Origin: a virus
Lineage: Duplodnaviria; Heunggongvirae; Uroviricota; Caudoviricetes
Virus record (IMG/VR): IMGVR_UViG_2684622580_000006
DNA: 34,867 nucleotides
Strand: one strand, 5' to 3'
Shown: piece after piece, positions 8,390-14,039 of the stretch
How the letters are laid out: each line of letters opens with the position of its first letter
How positions within the stretch are numbered: the first letter of the stretch is position 1
Made by a program: the position numbers and the translations under genes
Notes under the pieces: model-generated
Told to the model about the DNA's origin: nothing
What the model saw: only the letters and a program-made list of their open reading frames with translations
Databases searched by the model: none

Positions 8390-8600
8390 ATCGCACAGCA
8401 CTTTTGAAGATCTGTTTCAGACGGTTGATAGAGACACGATCTGGTGAAAGATGTCGGATTTGTATACCACAATATTTCATTACATCATGATTACAAAGGA
8501 TTTGATGGCAGTTGTAATGCGATTCAACGCGATGCATCACCGTGTCCGTTCTTTTCAAAGAGCATTTGCAGTTTGCACACTGATGGTCAAATTTTGTCAT
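8388..8600 (-). CDS. Small Cys/His-rich protein (70 aa), possible zinc-binding / HNH-like
   Basis: Start moved to M26 of the track ORF, where gaggaag SD precedes the ATG at 8600. Sequence MTKFDHQCANCKCSL...HRVESHYNCHQILCNHDVMKYC. HNH assignment uncertain. Confidence 0.4.
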   Translation of the reverse strand: MTKFDHQCANCKCSLKRTDTVMHRVESHYNCHQILCNHDVMKYCGIQIRHLSPDRVSINRLKQIFKSAVR

Positions 8601-8690
8601 AGATACTTCCTCTAAAACTGTATTTATACACTGTGCACAGTGATGATATATTACTATGCATGAACTTGATTTCATGCTTTATAAGTTTTA

Positions 8691-8719
8691 TTGAGTCTCA
8701 CAAAATGATAGATTATCCT
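8691..8719 (+). promoter_or_regulatory. Candidate sigma70 promoter TTGAGT-17-TATCCT for the 8769 gene
   Basis: Hexamers read by eye in the divergent intergenic region; weak match. Confidence 0.25.
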
Positions 8720-8768
8720 ATGTGAATACAAACAGTTATAACCGACAGATTAATGGGTTGAGGACGTA

Positions 8769-9245
8769 ATGGACAATGAACTGAAAAAACTTATACACGC
8801 ATTCAGAAATGCTCTCGTTATGGCTGCGGATACACATTCATTTGGGTGTTTCAGTATGCCAAGATGGTCAGAGTTAAACAGTTTTCCACATGGTTGCTGT
8901 GACTTAGCAAGTAATTTTCTGGCTCAATATCTCACAGACTATGGATATGAGCCTGAAATAATTTGGTTTGAATGCTGCGAAGAACTAAACAAATATATCA
9001 AATCACACGTAGTTGTTAGGATTAACGATTACTATGTTGATTTAACACGAAATCAATTTGATGATCATAATGGAAGAGTATTGATTGAAGACAAATTCGG
9101 TTCCATTCCACGATTAATTAAACAAATAAAATCAATGAACTCAAATAATGTTGAGGATAGAAATATCAATATTAATACATTTAATTCAAGTGGGTATGAA
9201 CTCTACAGCTATATCAAAAAAATTGCGAATAATTTGATTAACTGA
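8769..9245 (+). CDS. Transglutaminase/papain-like Cys-His-Asp fold protein (paralog A, 158 aa)
   Basis: FPHGC(43)C(44)DLASNFLAQYL then SH(80)VVVRINDYYVD(91)LT, which is the order and spacing of Cys-helix, His-strand, Asp-strand in transglutaminase-like cysteine peptidases. SD gagga. Confidence 0.45.
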   Translation: MDNELKKLIHAFRNALVMAADTHSFGCFSMPRWSELNSFPHGCCDLASNFLAQYLTDYGYEPEIIWFECCEELNKYIKSHVVVRINDYYVDLTRNQFDDHNGRVLIEDKFGSIPRLIKQIKSMNSNNVEDRNININTFNSSGYELYSYIKKIANNLIN

Positions 9246-9270
9246 ATAAAATTATTTTAAAAAGGAAAAG

Positions 9271-9304
9271 AACCAGCATTGGAAATTTATTAAACATGTT
9301 GGTT
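9271..9304 (+). terminator. Hairpin aaccagcat / atgttggtt (9 bp with one G-U) followed by ttataat
   Basis: Read directly between paralog A and paralog B. The T-rich tail contains a perfect TATAAT (9306-9311) that could serve as the -10 for the next gene. Confidence 0.4.
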
Positions 9305-9341
9305 TTATAATCGATAAAACAATCTGATTGGTGAGAATAAA

Positions 9342-9848
9342 ATGAATAATAATGAAATGAAGCAACAAATAAATGAATTGTCTTCTTATGTTCTGGACAA
9401 GACAATCAAAAAAGAGAAGGCATGTCTCTACATGAGTGCATATCTTTGCGCACTTATCAATGACAACATGAGAATAACCGCAAGATTGATTTCTGGGTCA
9501 CTTGTTATAAAAAACACTAAGATTTTCTCACATGAGCCTATACTGCCGATACTTACTTCGGGGAGCAATTATACCGGAGAATGGGATGGTCATGCTTGGG
9601 TTGAGGTCGCTGGATATATATGCGATTTATCAATCTTTTGTACAATTTTTTCAGAAAGTACATCAACTGAATTGCAGGATGTTTTCATGCAAACATTTGA
9701 TAGATACTATGAATTCTTAATCGCACCAAGAGAAAAACTAGAAGCAGCAGATATTTGCTATAAAGAATGCGAAGAATTAGGTAATGAACAAATAGATATT
9801 CTGATTCACTCAGGAATCAAATCAGGTATCTTAGTCAATCCAGAATGA
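9342..9848 (+). CDS. Transglutaminase-like Cys-His-Asp fold protein (paralog B, 168 aa)
   Basis: KAC(28)LYMSAYL then WDGH(84)AWVEVAGYICD(95)LS. GHAWVEV...D closely resembles the HAWVEVY...D core of transglutaminase-like domains. Confidence 0.5.
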   Translation: MNNNEMKQQINELSSYVLDKTIKKEKACLYMSAYLCALINDNMRITARLISGSLVIKNTKIFSHEPILPILTSGSNYTGEWDGHAWVEVAGYICDLSIFCTIFSESTSTELQDVFMQTFDRYYEFLIAPREKLEAADICYKECEELGNEQIDILIHSGIKSGILVNPE

Positions 9849-10567
9849 TTACAGAGGATAAAATGGAAGCAAACACTTTTATCGACCGTTTTTTTCATAG
9901 TTCTTATGAATTGACAGATTTTCGTCACGTTGGCGAACGAGACATTAACTCATTGTATACATTTCTGAATTTACTCCATTCTCTAAATGATCGTTTCAGC
10001 AAGGAATTTGGGATAGCTCAACTGGCCAAAAGGCCAGAGTTTAAATTATTACGTTTGATACGTAATTATTTTCAACATGTAGGGGATGTGGACGAATTCC
10101 GTCTATTTCAGACTCGTGATGCCATTTTGACTTCACATATGGAAATGATCATCATCCCAACAGCTTTAGTAGCTCGTGCCATCGAAAGTTTTCGAAACCA
10201 ACCACATAATAAGAAAGATCCAGTACGGGCTGAAAAAGAACTTTCATCCATTGCATCAGCTATCAGCGATTTTGAATATCTTTGTGATAATACGGATCTT
10301 TTTAGAGAAAACCCTCCTTTTCATGATACTGATAATACATATTTCTTAGGTTTTGACCTTTATAAATCCGTGTATAATATTACCAATATCGTAGCAGATA
10401 TATGCAGGAAAAGGGATGAATTTGCAATAAAAAAATGCGTTCAAGAGCTTGAAAAAGAATACACCGAAATGAATAACATACCAAAAGAAAATATATTATT
10501 ACTTGCGGGAAGTCCACCGCCACTACTAACAACCCAAGGTTTTGTGTTTCCTAAAAGGGATAGATAA
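9845..10567 (+). CDS. HEPN-domain protein (putative RNase effector, Abi-like)
   Basis: 240 aa, mostly helical. LLRLIR(73)NYFQH(78)VGD is a canonical HEPN R-x4-H (RNxxxH) motif at 10061-10078. ATGA overlap with the upstream gene at 9845-9848; alternative start ATG 9863 with agagga SD. Confidence 0.6.
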   Translation: MITEDKMEANTFIDRFFHSSYELTDFRHVGERDINSLYTFLNLLHSLNDRFSKEFGIAQLAKRPEFKLLRLIRNYFQHVGDVDEFRLFQTRDAILTSHMEMIIIPTALVARAIESFRNQPHNKKDPVRAEKELSSIASAISDFEYLCDNTDLFRENPPFHDTDNTYFLGFDLYKSVYNITNIVADICRKRDEFAIKKCVQELEKEYTEMNNIPKENILLLAGSPPPLLTTQGFVFPKRDR

Positions 10568-10609
10568 ATTAAAGTAATTATAGTTCGTATAGATTTTCTT
10601 TTACCAAAT

Positions 10610-10649
10610 ATTGTTGATTCGCTATTATACCTTAATAGCAATCAACAAT
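10610..10649. terminator. Long bidirectional hairpin (attgttgatt-c-gctatta-tacct-taatagc-aatcaacaat)
   Basis: 17 paired positions with one bulge, between convergent genes ending at 10567 (+) and 10656 (-). Confidence 0.6.
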
Positions 10650-10655
10650 TGATTT

Positions 10656-11264
10656 TCATATTGCTTTGGTCGGCTTTGAAATTTCAATTTTCACAATTAA
10701 CAGTTCTTCGTCAAAAGATAACTTATTCCCCTTCATTACTTTTCTCATAACGCCGTTCTCATTTTCGAGAGCAGCGTTTTTTAGTTTTAAGGCTTCAATC
10801 TCCTTTCTCAATTCTTCCAATTCGTTGGTGATAACATCAACTTTCTGTTCAGTAGGAAATTCAATTTCTTCTTTAATCTCTACAAAACTCCCAACATATT
10901 GCTGAACAAAGTTATCGGTGTCTTTTTTGTGAATCATAGTCAAGTCTGAACCTAAAGCTTTCCAGTTACGACCTTCACAGCAAACGATCACAGCTTTTGT
11001 CATATCACTTGAATAAGCAACGATAGCAGGCTTGTCGTTCAGTTCTGACATACCGATTTGGAATTTACGCATATCTTTTACAGTCAACGCGTTTTCAACT
11101 TTGCTTAACATCTTTGCTCTGATGTTACGGTGAATCTCTGTAAAGCTACCGATAAAACTTTTCAGCTTGTTTCTGTTATTGGTCATTTCGTTAGTCTTAA
11201 CGATTTTTTTATTCAAGCTAACGTTAGTAGTCCCGTTCAAGTTTTCAAAGATTGAGAAATTCAT
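10656..11264 (-). CDS. Hypothetical protein, 202 aa, internal F[IV]GSF[TV]EI repeat and C-terminal coiled coil
   Basis: ORF coupled to the upstream small HTH gene (TAATG overlap). ELEELRKEIEALKLKNAALENEN is a coiled coil. No recognisable catalytic motif. Confidence 0.5.
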   Translation of the reverse strand: MNFSIFENLNGTTNVSLNKKIVKTNEMTNNRNKLKSFIGSFTEIHRNIRAKMLSKVENALTVKDMRKFQIGMSELNDKPAIVAYSSDMTKAVIVCCEGRNWKALGSDLTMIHKKDTDNFVQQYVGSFVEIKEEIEFPTEQKVDVITNELEELRKEIEALKLKNAALENENGVMRKVMKGNKLSFDEELLIVKIEISKPTKAI

Positions 11265-11428
11265 TATTTGATGTCCTTTTTAACAGGTTGAGTTCTGATA
11301 TTTCGTTTCTTGCAAGCGTTATATAGCGTTGCTTTGTTCATCTGTTTAGATTCTGCAATCTGCTGAAATGTCTCACCAGCATCTAGACGTGATTCGATTT
11401 CAAATTTGTTTGGAATAAACTTTGCCAT
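11264..11428 (-). CDS. Small HTH DNA-binding protein (54 aa, below the ORF-track cutoff)
   Basis: Hand translation: MAKFIPNKFEIESRLDAGETFQQIAESKQMNKATLYNACKKRNIRTQPVKKDIK. GETFQQIAESKQMNKATLYN is a resolvase/Hin-type HTH. The stop overlaps the start of the 202-aa gene. Confidence 0.55.
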   Translation of the reverse strand: MAKFIPNKFEIESRLDAGETFQQIAESKQMNKATLYNACKKRNIRTQPVKKDIK

Positions 11429-11450
11429 TTGGTTGCCTTTTTATGATGTT

Positions 11451-11476
11451 GAAAAAAGAGCGCTCTTGCGAGCGCT
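11451..11476 (-). terminator. Intrinsic terminator for leftward transcription (agcgctc-ttgc-gagcgct followed by T6 on the minus strand)
   Basis: 7-bp GC-rich stem 11459-11465/11470-11476. The A-run 11452-11457 on the plus strand equals a U-run after the hairpin on the minus strand. Confidence 0.5.
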
Positions 11477-12419
11477 TCAAACTTTAAGGAATTTTTAAAT
11501 GAACTTATCGTTGTTCACATAGCTATTTTATATCGGCTATTCGATAGCGTAAACAAAGAGAGAAAACAACGAGGAGAAGAAACTCTCTATTGTTCTTCAT
11601 AGGGTATTTAGTGCCCTCACCGAAAGTGTAAGCAAAATTTTTAAAATAATTTGAAAGCAATCGGAGCAAACGTATCGATGCACTGATAAAACGCATCGAT
11701 AGCGCATCGATGCTTCTCGGCAAAGCGCATGGACCTTGAAGAAAATCGCCCTATAAGAACAATTGGATAAAGATGATATGGAAGGATATAGAAGCAGTAA
11801 ACACTACAAAACCAGATCTGAAAAACAGATTTCGCGAAGCGCGGGCGAAGCCCTAATTAATAACATTAGCGCGTAAGCGCGACAGATAGAAGTTAATCAA
11901 CATCGCTATGATCATAGATGTTGAACTTGATGATCAGTAATTATTACTAGATACGATTATTAGCGCTTCGCGCGTTCGCTACGCTCACAATATTGTTTTC
12001 TGATCATAATCAATAACTTCTAACTGCATTATAACCAGATCTGAAAACCTGATAAACTTAACTATCGTTAATTAAATCAGATAGCGTTAGTGAGTTCTCC
12101 ATCGCTTCGCTCAGTCGAACGGGCAAGCGCCGTCTTTGATAGAGATCTGGTCTTTATCGTTTTAGCTGACCTTATCGTCCCTCCTCGCTTCTCCCTGCTC
12201 TACTGACCATCTTGATACACCTTGTTCATCTATACCAGCCAAATTGAACCTGATGCACCCTGCTTTGATACCGACCTTGATTGTTGTCGCTTCGCCTGCG
12301 GCTCGCTTACCACCGTTATTGAATCGGACCAATAGAGATTCCTAGTTTACTAAATACAAGCGTGATTCAGAGAAACATCTGAAAGTCAACACTTCTATTC
12401 AAATTCAAACTTTAAGGAA
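11476..12419. other. ORF-poor, repeat-rich segment bounded by a 16-nt perfect direct repeat (ttcaaactttaaggaa at 11476-11491 and 12404-12419)
   Basis: No ORF of 60 aa or more except one implausible TTG-started minus ORF. Contains iteron-like repeats, palindromes, a GATC cluster and short NUMOD3-like reading frames (see findings). Confidence 0.6.
11674..11713. promoter_or_regulatory. Three GCATCGATGC-type palindromic sites (operator-like)
   Basis: gtATCGATGC 11672-11681, GCATCGATag 11693-11702, and the perfect 10-bp palindrome GCATCGATGC 11704-13. Confidence 0.35.
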
Positions 12420-12426
12420 ACTCAAA

Positions 12427-13041
12427 ATGTACAAAAGAACTATCAACAACGTAACTTACAAAACCCGTTCTGAACTGGATACTGAGCCAACCGGATTCAG
12501 CGTTTATAAAACCGTTTTCAGTATCAACAATGAATCATTCGTTTATTACGGCAAACAAGCTTTCAACGGTCAGCCTGATATGTCGTATATCGGTTCTGGT
12601 CGCAGAGTTCAGGAAAAACTCGCTGAAATGACCGAGTCAGATATCGTTTATAAAATCGTTCTACAGAATTTTGAATCAGAACAAGAAGCGTATGACTTCG
12701 AATCTGAATGCATTCAATCAGCACGCAAATCGAAGGTTAATATTTTAAATATATCTAAAGGAAACTCCGGTGGTAAGGTCTTTGACAAAATGACAGAAGA
12801 ACAAATTAAACAACGTAACGCGAAAATCTCTATGAGCATGATGGGTCACGAAGTCTCTGATGAAACTCGTCGTAAAATCTCAGAAGCGAAATCTGGTCAG
12901 ACTCGCTCTGATAATACGAAACAAAAAATCGGTGATGCTCTGCACGGTCGCAAAACTGGACCTAAATCAGAAGAAACCAAACGCAGAATGTCAGAAGCAC
13001 ATAAAGCACGTCACGCTAACAAGGAGACAGCGAATGTCTAA
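12427..13041 (+). CDS. Free-standing GIY-YIG homing endonuclease with NUMOD3 repeats (T4 Seg-like / I-TevI-like)
   Basis: 204 aa. GFSVYKTVFSINNESFVYYGKQ is GIY-x11-YIG. Three NUMOD3-type repeats are present (SDETRRKISEAKSG, TKQKIGDALHGRK, SEETKRRMSEAHK). Confidence 0.85.
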   Translation: MYKRTINNVTYKTRSELDTEPTGFSVYKTVFSINNESFVYYGKQAFNGQPDMSYIGSGRRVQEKLAEMTESDIVYKIVLQNFESEQEAYDFESECIQSARKSKVNILNISKGNSGGKVFDKMTEEQIKQRNAKISMSMMGHEVSDETRRKISEAKSGQTRSDNTKQKIGDALHGRKTGPKSEETKRRMSEAHKARHANKETANV

Positions 13042-13285
13042 AACTCAGCAGTTTCTAAGACCTGTTATCGTTGCGCTTGTTGTCGTAGGAGGTTGCGCTA
13101 TTGAATCGTGTAGCAGCACAGTATCAAAAGAATCGATTATAAAGCGTGACATCATATGCGCAAATCAGGAGTACAATCCTAAAACTGCAAAGCATGACAT
13201 TGAAATGTGCCGAAAGGGATTCAACAAAAAAGGGAGCATCAGCTCCCTTTTATCATTTAAATCCATGAACCAGCAGCTGCTCTAA
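13034..13285 (+). CDS. Small lipoprotein (83 aa precursor)
   Basis: ATG 13034 with aaggaga SD, overlapping the endonuclease stop. MSKTQQFLRPVIVALVVVGG-C is a signal peptide with a lipobox-like VGGC. The track ORF 12860 is an upstream extension in the same frame. Confidence 0.6.
   Translation: MSKTQQFLRPVIVALVVVGGCAIESCSSTVSKESIIKRDIICANQEYNPKTAKHDIEMCRKGFNKKGSISSLLSFKSMNQQLL
13227..13251. terminator. Hairpin aaaaGGGAGC-atca-GCTCCCtttt (bidirectional)
   Basis: Perfect stem with flanking A/T runs. Sits 2 nt beyond the stop of the minus-strand 59-aa gene and inside the 3' end of the lipoprotein ORF. Confidence 0.6.
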
Positions 13286-13432
13286 TCTCTTCTCTAGCAA
13301 CTTGTTCGCTGAATCTTCGCTGAAGATGATTGATTGAACGTCACAGTCGGTTTTCAGTCTTAATGCTGCATCATCAACCGACATACGTTCGTTTTGTACA
13401 TCACCATTTTTGTAAATAACTTTAACAATCAT
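13253..13432 (-). CDS. Hypothetical small protein (59 aa, below the ORF-track cutoff)
   Basis: Hand translation: MIVKVIYKNGDVQNERMSVDDAALRLKTDCDVQSIIFSEDSANKLLEKRLEQLLVHGFK. Strong SD taaggag 6 nt upstream, terminator directly downstream. Confidence 0.55.
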   Translation of the reverse strand: MIVKVIYKNGDVQNERMSVDDAALRLKTDCDVQSIIFSEDSANKLLEKRLEQLLVHGFK

Positions 13433-13501
13433 GCTTGCTCCTTAGCATTGTTTGAAACATGATGATTTCACATTTCAACTTATATCTCAATCTACATACA
13501 G

Positions 13502-13527
13502 AAAATGGGAGCATTAGCTCCCATTTT
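13502..13527. terminator. Hairpin aaaatGGGAGC-atta-GCTCCCatttt (bidirectional)
   Basis: 11-bp perfect stem immediately after the stop (13528-13530) of the minus-strand HTH gene. Confidence 0.65.
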
Positions 13528-13929
13528 TCATTGTGAACCTCCATTTGTTTTATTGGTACAGCGTAAAAACTGATCGCGTATATACGCTTTTGATTTACCT
13601 GTCATTCGCTTACCGAATTCAATGAAATCTCCTTTCGTCTGACGATAAACAATCAAACTGATTTCAGAAGGTTTTTTGTGAGCACTATTTGATGCTAGCT
13701 GTTTTTCAATGTTCGGGATTTCTGATTCTTTAACTTCACCAGCTTCAATTTCAGAAGCAATAACTTCCTCTTCAACTGGCTTCACAGTGTATTTTTCAAT
13801 ATTTGCTTTAACGCGACGAACAACAGAGCGGGAAACTTCAAATTGTTCAGCAATCTTACGTTCTGATAAATCTGTTCCTGCGTTAATCATTGCAGCTATT
13901 TTATTTTCGATAGTCGGTTCAGTTTTCAA
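13528..13929 (-). CDS. HTH DNA-binding protein, 133 aa
   Basis: The N-terminus IAAMINAGTDLSERKIAEQFEVSRSVVRRV is a resolvase/terminase-small-type HTH, followed by an acidic linker. Divergent from terL. Confidence 0.5.
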   Translation of the reverse strand: MKTEPTIENKIAAMINAGTDLSERKIAEQFEVSRSVVRRVKANIEKYTVKPVEEEVIASEIEAGEVKESEIPNIEKQLASNSAHKKPSEISLIVYRQTKGDFIEFGKRMTGKSKAYIRDQFLRCTNKTNGGSQ

Positions 13930-14039
13930 TTCGATGTTCTCCGTGTTGAGATGGATTGAACTTTAACAATCCAGGTCCGAGGTGCAAGCGTCCTGAAAAT
14001 TATTTGTTGGATTCTTCATAAATACACTCAGAGGTGACT

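Noticed and set aside
8170-8490. ORFs 8170-8472 (-) and 8272-8490 (+), and other 60-126-aa alternative-frame or antisense ORFs inside structural genes (e.g. 14605-14892, 22578-22958, 28783-29151)
   Set aside because: They overlap well-supported genes, lack SD sequences and have biased low-complexity translations; these are shadow ORFs.
11523-11723. 66-aa minus-strand ORF in the ORF-poor segment
   Set aside because: It has a TTG start without SD and a Leu/Arg/Ser-rich low-complexity translation. It spans the palindromic GCATCGATGC sites. It is more likely non-coding, though a leftward terminator at 11451-11476 means a transcript here cannot be excluded.
12090-12170. tRNA-like D-arm string gctcagtcgaac
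   Set aside because: No matching acceptor stem, anticodon arm or GTTCGAATC-type T-loop could be folded around it, and no tRNA is evident anywhere in the window.
12860-13033. Long form (141 aa) of the lipoprotein ORF
   Set aside because: The upstream part is an alternative frame of the GIY-YIG gene. The signal peptide begins at the internal ATG 13034, which has its own strong SD.
11476-13041. Group I intron carrying the GIY-YIG ORF
   Set aside because: No interrupted plus-strand host gene flanks the segment (upstream genes are on the minus strand). I could not identify P/Q/R/S-type conserved intron elements by eye.
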